This document shows positions 26,212-39,739 of a stretch of DNA of 64,000 bases, in pieces. The position numbers and the translations under genes were made by a program. The DNA is taken from assembly GCF_036321535.1 (NCBI RefSeq), contig NC_087437.1:9364001-9428000 (forward strand), read 5' to 3'. Numbering within the stretch: position 1 is the stretch's first letter; each line of letters starts with the position of its first letter. The stretch is from Camelus dromedarius. Its lineage: Eukaryota. Below the pieces are notes generated by a model. It was not told the DNA's origin. It did not search any database and saw only the letters and a program-made list of their open reading frames with translations.

Positions 26212-26525
26212 CAACCCTGGCTAGATGCAGTGTGATGGGAGCTCAGATGTGAGTTACATACGTGATTTTAAAGTGCCCAGCAGCCACATGAAAAAAGTAA
26301 AAACAAAGAAGTGAAATTAATTTAATAATGTTTTCTTTAATTCAATGTACATAAAAGAGCATTTTAACATACGAGCAATCTAAAAAAAAAAGAGCTATTT
26401 TACACTTTTTTTTCTGTACTAAGTCTTCATAAACTGGTGTGTATTTTAAATATATAGCATACCTCATTTCAGACCAGCCAATTTGAAGTCTTCTATAGTG
26501 AAACATAGCTAGTGACTACTGCAGT
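26212..26525 (+). mobile_element. MER33-like hAT DNA transposon
   Basis: cagccacatgaaaaaagtaaaa...gtgaaattaattt...tactaagtcttc..ctggtgtgtatttta...gctagtgactac. Confidence 0.85.
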
Positions 26526-26529
26526 GTAG

Positions 26530-26785
26530 GCTGAGAAGTTAAGAAGGAGAAGGTTTTAGAGTCAGATTCTGAATTTAAACCTTCCCTCCACCATGAACTA
26601 GCTGTCACCTAAGCAGCATGGTTAATATTTCTTAACCTAATGTCCCTTTACTGCAGGATGGCAGAAGTAATAGTACCTACCCTTAGGGTTATTCTCTCCA
26701 TGAAGTGAGATAATTCATATAAAAATAACTTAAATACTGACTTGACATTTAACTAAGCATTTAATAGTTTTTAGCGCTAATAATG
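26530..26785 (+). mobile_element. MIR SINE
   Basis: ttttagagtcaga...actagctgt...aatagtacctaccc ttagggttatt...gagataattcatataaa. Confidence 0.7.
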
Positions 26786-26869
26786 ATGTTTTAATATAGC
26801 ATTGGAATTACTCAAGCCTCAAGACGTGAGAGTCACAAAACACTTTATGGGGAACTGTGGGATCCTGCC

Positions 26870-27486
26870 TTCGCCATTGTGGGCATCCCTGTGGCAGATT
26901 CAGTCTGACCACTGACACTGTGATGACCCTCCCACCGCAAAGAGGAGACTGTTTTCTCGCCCACGTGTCAGCTCTGGCCTGATGATTGCTCTCCCTATAC
27001 AATATGGCAGAAGGGGTGCCACGTGCGTACCAGGTCTGGTTGTCAGGGAGCCTTGCCCTTCTGCCCAGAGACCAGCAGGACAGGAAGCCAGTCTAGTCTG
27101 ATGAAGAAAGAGATGCTATAAAGAGGAGAACCAGGGTCACAGTCAACAGCCAGCACCAACCTCCAGAACTGTGAGTGAGGTCACCTTGGACCTGACAGCC
27201 CAGGAGACTCCAGATAAAGGCTGTGATACAAGGTGGGGGAGGGTACAGCTCAGTGGTAGAGCACATGCTTAACGTGCATGAGGTCCTGGGTTCAATGCCC
27301 AGCACCTCCTCTAAAACAAACAAACAAACAAATAAATAAACTGAATTACCTCTCCCCTTCCCCCAAAAAAAGCCTGCAAAACAAGCAGAGGAAGTGCCCT
27401 AGCCCAAAATATCATGGGAAATACTGTTACTGTTGTTAGGTCAGTTCGTTTTGGAGTTGGTTTTTTCATGCAGCAACAGGTAACAA
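26870..27486 (+). mobile_element. MaLR (MLT1-type) LTR interrupted by a SINE
   Basis: caacagccagcaccaacctccagaactgtgagtgagg...ttttggagttggttttttcatgcagcaacaggtaaca terminus. Confidence 0.7.
27235..27371 (+). mobile_element. tRNA-Ala-derived SINE (camelid Vic-1 type)
   Basis: GGGGGAGGGTACAGCTCAGTGGTAGAGCACATGCTT...GGGTTCAATGCCCAGCACCTCC head with A and B boxes, (AAAC/AAAT)n, C-rich segment and A tail. Degenerate TSD aaaggctgtgatacaag / aaagcctgcaaaacaag. Confidence 0.9.
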
Positions 27487-29267
27487 AGCTATTCCCTATG
27501 ACCCATCTTTTTTTGAGTAAAGCGAAAGGTACTTTTACATTCACAGGTAATAAACACAAAAAGGAAACACAATGAGTCATCAATGATGACCATGTACAAT
27601 TTAATTTGTTTCATTTGAGAAACAGCGAAATCGCTTAATGAATTCTATTGCAAAAGAGCTAGCCAACAGAGATAAGCAAAGAATAGAAAAAAAAAATAAT
27701 AATCATTGTAATCTCACAACCAGAAGTCAGCACCTCTGTTATTCTGGCAACTCTACTACTTTGCTCCTTTTGAAAATATATGTATTTGAGGGGTTCAAAC
27801 ACATTTGTTCACAAAAACAGAACCATTTGAAATTGCCTTTGCTCTATTGAGAATAACTGCACATTTTAGTAAATATACTTGTAAAACATCATTTTAAAAT
27901 CTGAAAAGGACTGTCTTTTAGCGATGTATTATAATTGACTTAACAAGGCTTCTTCATTGGGCATTTACGTATATCCAGTGTTTGCCATTACAGATGAAGC
28001 TGACATAAAATAATTTTACAATCATCACTATTACTTCAAATGAAACAAACTAAAAAGGCAAATGGTAAATTGGGGGAAGGAGACAAGGCAGATCTACCGT
28101 GAAACACAATGACATTATTCATTAATCATCTAAATATAATAAAACTTAGCAAAACTAGTCTGTATCACAGCTAAACATTAACTGCATTCTTCCCAAGTCT
28201 CTGCTGCTTTACGTGTTTTTAACGTCTCTAATTCCATAGCGCATGTCTATCCATAAACTGGTTTTAAACCCCATGAATTCTGCCATGACTATTGTCATCT
28301 GATGACAATCTAATGTTCAATTAATATCCTAATATCCAATGCGTAATTCTAGAAATGCAACATGAAAACTACCAGGCCATATAATAAAAATGACAAAAGA
28401 GAACTTTCTCAGTTCCCACTCAAAAGCTTTAGACTGTACCATATGTTTATAAAATAAATTAAGAGCACACCAGGGTATCTGAAAACAGTCATGTGTACGC
28501 TGTGAAGTTATTATAATGTGCTCTTGTTCCCAACAACATACTTCAGTACATAGCGAGACATGTCCTCAGCCAAGAAGACCGCTGTCTGTTTAAACAAGTA
28601 AGCTAAACAAAACACTCTCCATGACAATGAAAGGGAACGTGAATATATAAATCTTACACACTCCCATGGCTGACACTGTGCGGTCTCAACACGCGGAGAT
28701 ATTTCTGATGTCCAAATATTTACCATCATCTGGCTCGCACTACCATCTTGAAGCACAAAGATCCTACCACGTTTGAAGATTGAACAACTGAATCTCAAAG
28801 CAGTTATGCCAAGCTGGCTATGTTCTAATACCATACTATCTGTAAAAGTCGAGTCCCCAGAGAGAGACTTCGCTGTGTTTATCTAGCACTGTCAGAGGAC
28901 AGCACCACCAAATTGAATGAATCGCCAGTGTTCATTCTCCAGAGAGGGGTGTTCTGTTGTGGCGTAGCATAAACTCCATTGAACTTACAGTAGCCATCAC
29001 TCAAGATCATCAACTTCCCTTTTCTCCCACGCTCACCGAGTCCTTCTCAGCAACCTAGCAAGGGTGGACTTGAAAAGCAGCTATAAATATAATTCAGTGT
29101 AGACTCAACTACACATTAATTAGACATGTAGTTTAGATTCCATACACCTTGAATTCATCGGTGTCAATCTCTGAGGACCTGCCTGCTCCTTCCTGTAAGT
29201 GGTATCCCATTAAGGGGAGGCCAGTCAGGCAGCTGGCTCAGGCATTCATTGATAAGAAGCCCTAAAG

Positions 29268-29412
29268 CAGCTGTTCTCAGACCTTATCAGAATCACCTGG
29301 AAGGCTTAAAAGACCAGATTTCTGGGCCCCATCACCTGCGAATTTGCAAGTCTAAGAACTTCTCAGGTGATGCTACTGTTACCGATTCGGGGACCTTATT
29401 TTGAGAGCTACG
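29268..29412 (-). mobile_element. MER5A-like fragment
   Basis: cagctgttctcag...tcagaatcacctggaaggctt...gaatttgcaagtctaagaacttctcaggtgatgct. Confidence 0.75.
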
Positions 29413-30867
29413 GCCCTGAAATATCTTCGGATTACAATGGGAATATTATGGAAGTCTGTACTGGACTCTAAATATGACTCTTAACAGATCCAAGGAAATG
29501 CAAGTGCCCTTGAGTGATGTCTCAGACCCGGCTCCTTAGGAAACGGAGGCGAAGACAGGAATTGGGGGTTAACGCTATATTGGGGAGGTGCCTGGCCAGG
29601 GCAGTGGGAGTGAGGCAGAGGGAGGGGAGGAGGGCAGACTGACAGCCATGTGAGGTGACACATGGCCACTGCTTCATGACAAGCTGTGTAAGGATACAGC
29701 CTGCTCTGCTGGACCACGTGTGACGTCTCCTGACGGCTATTCGGGGAAACCGCGCCTTGGAGAGCATGAGAGAGGGGAAGGGATGGGGTGTGGCTGCCTC
29801 CTCCTCTTCTCTAGGTCCTAAGTGTGCCCACAGGGAGTGAACTCCCCCATCCCTCCAGGTGGCATCACCTGCCCTCCTTGGGGAGAACCACATCCCACTT
29901 TTCAAGAAGCACAGCCTTCCAACCCAAGGCTGGACGTTTCAGAAGCCAGAAACCCAGAGCTTAGCACTGACTAAACTAGCCATTCATCCTTAGCCTAGAT
30001 GGAGGAGCTGGCCGTCCTAGACTGGCCACTGGACTGCGCCCAGTGGAGAACCAGAGGGCCCAGGCACTGCTGATGCTTTGACGGTGATGGCGGGTGACAC
30101 AGCGCAGGAAGCTGAGGGTCTAGAAAACGGAGGTCCTGAGAATTTCCCAGGAAGTCTGTCTAATGCCAGCAGAAACTGAAATGCTCCCTCGTTCTCACTA
30201 ACTTGTCTCCAATGCATAGGGGTCGCATATGTCCCATCCAAGTTTGAACCAACAGAGCTTGTCCCCACTTCTGAGCCCAGTGAGCTCACAGTTGCCTGAT
30301 TACTGCCTGAAATCCTCAGGCTGAATACTGCATGTGCAGTGCTGCTGCCGGGAAAGGAGGTTCTTCTCATTGTTTTAGAAATCTGAATGCGAAAGTCTTT
30401 AATATGCCTGGGTCACAAGGAGGAGGAGGGGAAGGAGGAGGAGAGGAAAAAGAGGAAGAAGTGTTTTTCCTTTTTTTTAAAGTATAAAACATTTACCAAG
30501 ATGAAAGAATTTACTTTGACACGTATGTTGAATAAGACTTTACAAGTGTAATCCACTAGACATCTTTGAGTGATGGAAAGACTGAAAATTAAACATATTA
30601 TCTGAAGTACATGCAAAAAATCCTTTATTCTAGAGAAAAAAAAATTGTATAATTTTGTACATATAACATCTTAATTTTTTTAGAAAGACCCATTTTTTAA
30701 ATTTTCCTTACTAAATATCATAATTTTAATATGAAATAAATATAAATGGATAAGCATACACATCTGTATACCAAAAACTCAAAGAATATTGATTTGAAAG
30801 GGCACTAAATCATTAAACCACCAGTGATGTATATATAACTCAATGTAGCCTTGTCTAGGGGTCCTTG

Positions 30868-31385
30868 TGTAACAGGGAAGAACAAACCTGACTCCATATT
30901 GAATCTGTTCATTTAGCTCGAACCCTGTACTCTGTTTCCTGGGCTTAGTCATGCTGGTTCTACATCTTTTGTAGAAAAATGTTGCCTAGAGCCTGAAATA
31001 CACAGGATAGCCTATTCTCAAGGCTCTGACCTGTAAGGGTCTAACACCTTCCTACTCATGTAGAGATAAAAAGTTGCAGAACAGAGAATAACGTTTGTCT
31101 TGGAGGTTTACAGGGACACCATGACCTGACCCACATGGACAAATGCAAGACAAAGGATTTTGACACCAAGAAGTTTGCAACAATGAACCACATACCCTCC
31201 CCTTTTAATATAAAAGGAGCCAGAATGCTGACTTGAGTAGGATAGTTCTCCAGGACATGAGTCCTCCATCTTCTCCTCGGTCTGCTGACTTTCCGAATAA
31301 AGTCATTATTCCTTGCCACAACATCTCACCTTGGGATTTATTGGCCTGTCATGCAGCAAGCAGAATGAGTTGAGACTTGGTTGAA
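30868..31385 (+). mobile_element. ERV1 solo LTR (probably MER41-like cetartiodactyl family), copy 1
   Basis: Starts TGTAACAGGGAAGAACAAA; TATAAAA at 31209-31215 and AATAAA at 31296-31301; colinear with the copy at 51712-52212. Confidence 0.85.
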
Positions 31386-31671
31386 CCCACAGACTCAGTG
31401 CCACAACAAGGCATGAACACTATGTAAGGTCCTGACTGGATGGTCAACTGGTCAACCTACCAAAGCTCTCATGCTTCCCCCTTACCCTGCTTACATTCTT
31501 AATTTTACATTCTCCTGATCATCACCTTCCAAGTCCCACGTCATTTTCCCATGTTCTCTGGAAACTTTAGCACCAGAACAGAGCTTTCCCTCCTCCTCCC
31601 CTTGCCATGCATAACACTTCCATTAAAGATCCACCCAGCCCCAACCATAGATTTTACTCTGTGTTCTACCC

Positions 31672-31859
31672 CAGTGTTTCTCAAAGTGTGTTCCCCAGGC
31701 CAGCAGCATCAGCATCGAATGGGAACTTGTTCGAAAGGCAAATTCACTGGACTCATCCCAGACCCTTGGAATCAGGAAGTCTGACTGTGAGGCCCAACAA
31801 AGCAGGTTTTTAAAGAACCTCAGGTTAACTCTGTTGCCTCTGAAGTTTGAGAACCACTG
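31672..31859 (+). mobile_element. MER5A hAT DNA transposon
   Basis: Terminal inverted repeats CAGTGTTTCTCAAA...TTTGAGAACCACTG, with internal cagcagcatcagcatc. Confidence 0.9.
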
Positions 31860-32428
31860 CCTGACTTTATTCTCACCCACCCACCTGCCTTCAGCCTGAG
31901 CACTCACCTGATGAAGATTTGAAACTGCTCTTGAACCCTGACTGCACTCCGACCTCGGGTCACAATCCAGGCTCATTTTCCCTTTATTAAAATCCCTGGT
32001 TCCTTGAATGTTTTCAAGTCTTCTCCATCTCCCGACCCCTTTCCTCTCCAGCCTGAACCACGTGGTCAGACAATGAAATTGCGTTCTCATGAGCACCCTC
32101 AATTCCCTCAACTCTTTAACTGTTGACCACAACTGTCTTGCTGGTGCCATATCCTAAATCAGTCCAACTCCCTGTTTCTCCAGGTTGTTTCTGTGTTGCC
32201 AAGTACTGCTAGAAAAAAATGACATAGCTATGCTCACTGACTCCATCACAAATTTATTATATCCAACTTCAGCTGCTTGCTCTCAGCTACTTGGCAATTG
32301 TTTTATTCATACCCAGGCTGCTTCCTTTCCCATCTGCAGCAGCTGTTGCACAGCACTGTAACTTTCCCCATGCCCCCAACCTCACCTTCAACCTTCACAC
32401 TCCTTACCAAGAGACAAGAGTCCCCAGG

Positions 32429-33126
32429 TGTTGCTGAAACATAATCCCCGTTCCCTGCTTACTGCATTAAGACTTGAGGGCATAGTTCTGGAAAAAGTAG
32501 AAAAGGCAGCTTTATTTCTTTGCCAGGCAAAGGAGGTCACAGTGGGCTCATGCCTCTAAGACTGTGAACCTGCTGGGGAGAGGAGGTGGAGGGTTTATAA
32601 TAAAGTTCAAAAGTTTCAGAGGTGAAGCTAGTTTCCATAGAGGTCACATACAGGATAACAAATTGTTGCAAAATTGTTCTTGTTTTTGCAGATGCAGTGG
32701 TCCCCTTCCCTCTGCTAGGTATGAAGTTCACCTCCGGCTTTGGGACTCTCTTAATATTCTTGTATCTAGAACACAGGGTGCATAGGAAGGGGCTCCATGG
32801 AAAAAAAGCTCAAGAGAAAAACTTGTGCAGTTTAAAGTCAGGCCGATAAATGCTTTTAGCACTTTAAGCACACTGAGGCCTGCAGCTGGAACAACAGGAT
32901 ACAAGGAAACCACAAGAGGTCAAGAGCAGTACACTGAGCATGATCCCTGCTCATAGCACCATGAGGGGTCTGGGTGGACCACCCAAGACTCCCTCCTCTC
33001 CAGCCTAACCCTGGTCAGCAAGAGCAGGAGACAAGCCCTTTAAACCACTACAGTTAAGCAGTTACAAACACTGTTACAGATAGCAGATGGTCACCAATGA
33101 TGACAATAGGGTCCTGGTCAGTTACA
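32429..33126 (-). mobile_element. ERV1 solo LTR
   Basis: Minus strand TGTAAC...CAGCAACA termini; perfect 4-bp TSD CAGG (32425-32428 and 33127-33130); TATAAA (32594-32599) and AATAAA (32511-32516) on the minus strand. Confidence 0.9.
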
Positions 33127-33379
33127 CAGGCAGGAGTCCTTTACACCCCGTCCCCCTCCACCTCTGCCTCAGATTGGACTTAAATATGGGTGCCCATCCT
33201 TTCTTCCTTTCTCTACTCTGAAAAGGGGTGTCCTGCTTTTCCCAGGCCACTCCACCCCTCTCCCTTCCCACCCAGCCTACATTCACCAAGAGCTTGATGC
33301 CTCCCTATGGATAATTCTGACTGCCATGGCTATGAAACTGTGTTACTTGTATGGCCTATCCATCTTAAGTCTCACAACA

Positions 33380-33810
33380 CTTTAATTTTTAATTGTGGTT
33401 AAGTATACATAACATAAAATGTACCATCTTAAGCCCCTTTATGTGTACAATTCATTGGCATTAAGCACACCTACACTGTTGGGCAACCATCACCACAGTC
33501 CACCTCCAGAACTTTCCATCCTCCCAAACTCCACACCCACTGAATGACAAATCTTCCCCTAGCCCATGGTAACTGCCGTTCTATTTTCTGTTGCTATGAA
33601 TTTGACTATTCTAGGCATCCTGTGTAAGTGGAATCATATAATATTTAGACTTTTATGTCTAGATTATTTCACTGAGCATGATATATTCAAGGTTCATCCA
33701 TCCTGTAGCAGATGTAAGGATTTCATTCCTTCTTAAGGCTGAAAAATAATCCACTGGATGGACAGACAACATTTTGGTTATCCATTCATCCATCAATAGA
33801 CGTTTGGATT
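33380..33810 (-). mobile_element. Old L1 (L1M-type) 3' fragment
   Basis: aattgtggt...acataacataaaatgtaccatctt...; ORF 33659-33856 (-) DYFSALRRNEILTSATGWMNLEYIMLSEI is a decayed ORF2 end. Confidence 0.88.
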
Positions 33811-34634
33811 CTTTCTTCCCATAAAACTTATGTGTAGTGTCTATTATTAACCTCACTTTTCAATGAAGATCCTGAGGTTTACAGACGTTAACACAGCTGT
33901 TAAGCAGGTGGAGTAACCAGATCTAAGGACCTCTATCTACCTTCCTACTTCTGGCTTTTTTCATAATGTCCCTCAGGCTCCATCTGGTATACCTCCACTT
34001 CTCTGGAGACTGGACTCCATCAGTTTTCCACCCTCAGTCAAGCTGCCTCTCTCCCTCTCCACCCACTTTTTTCAAAAATCCTACTCAATTCTGTTCGAAC
34101 CTAAAAATAATTGTTCGAATTCTCAATTCCTATTTACTTCCCAAGTTTTCCTAAATTTGGCCATCAAAGGTCACAGACGATGTCTTAAGGGCCTTTTCTC
34201 ACCCCTCTCCTACTCAGTGCCAGTCATCTTGTGCCTTCACAGTACAGCACCAACGTACTTTTCCAGCCTCATCTGCCAATGACATCTGCCACTCGACACG
34301 GAATGCCACAAGAAACGGGATGTCCAGCCTCCCACAGAGCGAACATCTCCATTCTTCTCCCCACATTCTCCGTAGAAGGTCCTTTTTTCCACTCCTCCTT
34401 CTGACAAGCTCTTGTTCAGCCCAGGTCCTGAGCTACCTTCCCAGAGTCTCCCAGACCATCCCAACTCCTCCTTGCCTCAGAGGAACCATGTCTTTCTCTG
34501 AGCTACTGCTGTTGATGCTACTGCCCCAGAATTGTAGTATCATTCATTATCTCAACATCTGTCATCCTCTTCCAAGATACTGTGAACATCCTGAGGGCAA
34601 TCGCTATTTTTAAACAGAGTAAGAAACATACATA

Positions 34635-35097
34635 CTGGATTTTTCTTGTGACTTCCTCATAACCTCTTAGCCACTTCTTTCTCCAGCTGCAGGTGTGGCA
34701 AGTGGCTTCCCAGCTCCTTGCCTCAGTGATAATGGGTATCTCTTGCTTTCTTCCCCAGAGCTCTTCTGATGCCTCAATGAGGGATCCTGATTGGAGGCCG
34801 AGTTTGCACACATACAAGATCTGAATTTATGTTGGCATGTTGCCACCCAAAGGGAGATGAGAGCTGGTGGACTGCCTCCTTCTTTCAGCGTCTTGAGTGG
34901 AAATTTCTGAGGCTACTATACACAGCGACTCAGAGGGTCCTGTATGATTGGGCCCACAGCAGTGGTCAGCTTGGTAACACACTTTTGTCTCACTACCCCT
35001 AGTCCTCTGCTGGGGTTCCCTGCGACCTTGTCTCAGAATAAACTACTTGCAGTGCAGACTCATGTCTCAGGCTCTGCTTTCTGAAGGGATGTGAAAC
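34635..35097 (+). mobile_element. ERVL solo LTR, LTR16C/E-like
   Basis: aatttctgagg...ctcagagggtcc...aataaactacttgca...tgtctcaggctctgctttctg. Confidence 0.7.
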
Positions 35098-37089
35098 TTA
35101 CCGTCACAATGATACACCTTGAGCATGGCTTTGTCATTTACAGGCTCAGTAACTTTGGGCAAGTCACCTGGCCCCCTGTGATTCAGCTTTCCTCATCTCT
35201 AAAGAAGAGATACCAAGAGGAATTATGCTCAAGCTCATAAGCTAAAAAAGTAATGTTCTGTGTAAAGTATAGCAGGTTTTAGAAATAGTGGAATTAATGA
35301 TCTCCATAATGATAGTTTTTAAATTTTTAAAAACATTTCCCACAGATCTGTGCAAATCAACAAAAGCCAATACACAGTTTATGAAGTTAAACCATAAGAG
35401 AAAATGATGCATCATCTAGCCAGAGAGGAGAAGGAACTATAGTCAAAATTATTGATACTGTAAAACTTCAGGAAATCTTTTCAGTAGAGCCTTTTTAGGG
35501 GGTTCCTTCTGCTAGAACAAGGGCTTATGGGGGGATTCTGCAACTGGAATCCACACTCGAGAGAAAAGTGGGAGGAATTCCAACCAGAAGATGTTACTTG
35601 GTGTGGCCTGAATTTATGTTCTCTCACACCTTCCAGAACACTAACCCATCTCAACAGCCAGATCTGGGCACCAGGGGAGAGTTTTTGGGTCTTGGAACAC
35701 CCCACACTTGACAGAGGAAGATAATATGGAGGAAAAAATAAGAAAGAGAGAGAAATCAGAATACGATGATCTAATTCTCTGCAAGGTAAGCTGAGTACTC
35801 ATTTGTGTACATCTAAAAAAGATGGACTCCTGGGTGTTTGAACACATGACAATGGAAGACGGTAAGGTAGAAAGGTTCTTGTGATGGGGTCTCAATTAAG
35901 CAACCTTCTAATTCCAATGGAGTTTGACGTCTTACTGACCGTGCAGGGTCAAGATGGTTATTTAACTTCATTAAGTCTAACTAAAAACAAGCAAGCCAAA
36001 AAAAAAAAAAAAAAGTCTATTTTTTTCAACAGAAGGAACGGGAAAGAAAAGAAGGAGAAAGGAAAGAAGAGAAAAAAGGAGGAAGGGGAGAAAAATACAC
36101 TTGGTTTCTAAAGTGAGCTGACCTGGGCTGGGATCCTGGCTCCACCACAGAATTGCTTTTGTGTTTAACAAATCATTTAAGTTCCCTGTAAAATGAGTAC
36201 ATTATCTTGAAGATTAGATACGAGGTTTATAAAGTGCCTGGAAGGCAGGAGTCATGAGCAAAGAGACCTCATATTCATCCCCATCATCATCACTATCATT
36301 ACAAATATTAGCATCATGTCACCTCCAAGAATACAGGAGTGCGACGCAAAAAGCTGAGAGTCAGGCAGCCAGAAGGACATCAAAAAAAGAGCAGTGAAGT
36401 ACAGCGATTTTTCTCCTCTAGAGGAGCTTTCAGAAATTGCTTTTCTTTTCCCTTTTAAATTAATCTTCGAATGCCTCTGGAGACAGACAATTCTCCAGAG
36501 CTGAGCGAAAGTGAGGCTGACCCCCCGTGGATGGTGGTACCTGTGGGATACGGTCCGGTTTGCAAAATGTGTGTCAGCAGCAAGTGACCACCCCGGGCAG
36601 TACTATTTAGTCCAAAGGTTGCCGCCACGTGTGATTTCAAGCCAGCATCCCTCCAGGATTCAGTATGTATTGGTACTTAGGTAGAACTGACCAACAGCCC
36701 ATCCAGCTAATGCCAAGCCTCTTCCTTAAATAATGCCAGCTGCTTCAGTGGAAAGTAGAAAACACATCAAATATTCCTCACCATGACCTACAGCACCATG
36801 GAGAGAATTTCTTCTTGACCTCGGCCAGCCAGCGCACTATGCCCAGAAGCATGAGACCTTACAGCCGTCATCATAATTTGATCCTTGTAGTCAAACTGCA
36901 GATGTTATTACAGAAACGTTGGATGCATAAAGAGTCCACAGAGAGACTTCACTTTTTATTCCTTTAAAATGCCCTCCCTTCAAATTCCAATCCCTGCTAC
37001 CTCTCACTGGGGTGAACACACATGGTATAACCAAAGACGGCACCTTCTTCTTCTGAAGTACATTGTAATCAGAGAGATATTTGCCATGA

Positions 37090-37285
37090 GTGCGTCTTCT
37101 CAACACCAGACTCTGCTAAGCAACTGAGATGCATGACATTTCATCCTAATCTACTAGTGCTATATCATAGCCCCATTTTACAAATGAGGGAAGTGAGGTT
37201 CTCAGCGGGGAAATCATTTCACCCAATTTCCTACAGGAATCAGTGTCAGAGTTGAATGGGGACCTGTCTGGCTCCAAGGCCACCA
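37090..37285 (-). mobile_element. MIR SINE
   Basis: ccccatttacaaatgagggaagtgaggttctcag...gggacctgtctggctccaaggcc. Confidence 0.75.
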
Positions 37286-38613
37286 GAGTGCACTTCCTCT
37301 GAAGTGTCTTCACAGAGTAGAGAGGCAGAGGCCTGGATGATTAAAATATAGGGGGGGCAGGTGGAAGGTTGATTATGGACTTTCGATCCAGATCCTTCGA
37401 GTCAGAGCACTGGCACACAACAGGTATGAGACCTTGGGGGATTATGGAATGTCTCCTGGCCTCAGTTACTTTATCTGTGGAATGGACACTGTAAACTCTC
37501 CTACCTAAGGATGTTTGAGATGGTGCCTGGTCCTTTACAAACCTGGTGCAGAGGAAACACAACACACGTTGGTCGTCGTTACAATATTCATCGCGTTGTG
37601 ACAGCACATAGTAACTCTATACAGTCATGTCGAAGTGGGCTCGTATGAGGGAAAAGGAGACAGTAAATGTGGCCACCTTTCAGAGCATGTAAGTATTTCT
37701 CTCTTAAATCACTTAATCAATGAATAAGAGGCCTTCTGATCTAATCAGCATAGCTGTGTCCACATCATGTGCCCACATCCATCAGATTGCAACTCTTTAA
37801 ACACCTGATCATCGTCTATCAAGCCCATGCGATGCATTTCCAGGGAATCAGCCAATAAAATTAGGAGAACTTAGCTTCTGCTAAACAATGCTCTATCATA
37901 GGAAAAACTCATCTACTCCTTCGTCAACCTTCCGGTAAATCGGGAGAGAGTGCAATCACAGGGATCTGAAGGGAGTAAGGGCACTGCCATGGGACGGTCC
38001 TCTCTGGAGAGTTCTAAAGGCCTCAAGTTATCATTTTATTCATCTGCTTGTGTCTCAGTAACATTCCTTTCTTTATTTCACTATGACTTGAAACAAAGTA
38101 AAATTACGAGAAAACCATTTGGAAGTGAGAGTTGACCAATCTCATGAATGTGTTCGTGTATTTGTTCAGTTTAGAACAGCTTACAAGTAGCAGGTGTCCT
38201 TGAAGAGCAGCCCGTGTGGGTGGAAACCCACTCACCAGCCACCTGTGGTCTGGGGAGAGGCCGTCTCCTGGTGCCCCTGCCCCCTCCCCTTGGAGGGCGA
38301 AACTGAACCAGCTGCATCAGAGTGCTGTCGGTCCAACAGGTCTGAGTGCTTACTCTGGGCGAGACATCACTCTGCATACGTTCATGCCCTTAAAAAGTTT
38401 CTAAGTACATGATGGAAGATGGTAAATCGACACATAGTATGTCAAAGGTGATAGGCTGAGCTCCATCTTTAGCTCTGATAGTAGTAAGTTTTGTGATCTG
38501 TTCCAAGAAACTCATTTGGTCTCGCTGAAATGGATAATAATAATAATAATAATAACAACAACAACAACAACAATAATAATTTTAAAAAGTAAAGTGGGGT
38601 AAAAGGCATAAAG

Positions 38614-38975
38614 CTGCACTGTCCAGTATGGTAGCCTCTAATCCCACGTGGTTACTAAGTACTTAAAATGTGGCTGCTTCACTTTGGGGTGTGTTCCAAG
38701 TGCAAAGACAGTGTATTTACCAGATGTACCCTACACATAAGTACCAGATTTTGAACACTTAGGTATGAGAAAGGGAATATAGAATATCTCATGAATCTTT
38801 TATATTGAGTACATGCTGAAATGATCATATTTAGGGTATATTATATTAAATAAAAGCATTATTTAATTTAATTTTTACTTGTCACTTTTTGCTTTTTTTA
38901 AATGGGACTACCAAAAATTTTAAATGACCTATGTGGCTTGTATTTGTGGGTCATATTATACTTCTGTTTCTTCTG
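38614..38975 (-). mobile_element. MER33-like hAT DNA transposon
   Basis: ctgcactgtccagtatggtagcc...tacttaaaatgtggct...tgtggcttgtatttgtgggtcatattatacttct. Confidence 0.85.
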
Positions 38976-39739
38976 GGCTAGAGATTAATGGGGCCAGATT
39001 TGGGGCACAGAGGGGTGCATAAAGTAGTCAGGGAAATCCTCTCTTAGTAACATGACATTGGGGCAGGACTACAAAGAAGTGAGGGAGGGAGCCAGGTGCG
39101 TTCTGGAGAAGAAGTATTCCAGATTGAGGGAAAAGTCAGGAAAAAATAGTTTATGCTACACAACTAAAAAGAGCCCGACCCCTAGTGAAGGAGTAAACTT
39201 TGGCTCTAATGATTACGCAGATCCAAAAGCCTGGGCTGATATTTATAGATCTGCATTTATACCACATGATTAATTTTAAAAATTAGTTTTGAGTAATCGT
39301 TTTCCGAGAAGTAACAGCCTGGATTAACCATCTTTAGGGATTATGAAAAAGCAGCTGGACTGACACAAGGCCTGAGTGCATTCTGGCTCTGCCAAGCTTT
39401 GTGACCTTGTGACATTCGGTAACTCACTTGGCCTTTCTGAGCTTTGTTGGCTGGAATGTAAAATGGAGGGAAAAGCTGAATAAGAATTTCAGCTTTGTCT
39501 TCTGTAGAGAATTGCTGTGAAGCTTTAGAAGATTATTTAAATTATATAATGCAAAAAAAATCACGCTGGGATACTCAAGTGATCTACACATGTTAACTTC
39601 ACAACTGAACTGGACACGAGAGAAATCAAAAACAGTTCCACATCATCTCTGTCGCAACTGCCTGTAATGTTTTATGTTGAAAAGGATGTCCTTCAGATCT
39701 AAAGGAAAAAATATCTTCAATAACTGATCTGGACATTTG

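Larger units (their letters stand above)
31870..34610 (+). mobile_element. Fragmented old L2 LINE interrupted by an ERV LTR and an L1
   Basis: C/T-rich L2-like segments at about 31870-32428, 33130-33370 and 33950-34610, ending in an L2 3'-like 'ctcttccaagatactgtgaacatcctgagggca'. Confidence 0.55.

Noticed and set aside
27235..27310. tRNA gene (also 44758-44831, 45657-45734, 58686-58744)
   Set aside because: Mutated stems and anticodon arm, A-rich tails and TSDs show these are SINE copies.
31623..32150. 175-aa minus-strand ORF
   Set aside because: Runs through MER5A and antisense L2 sequence; no protein similarity recognised.
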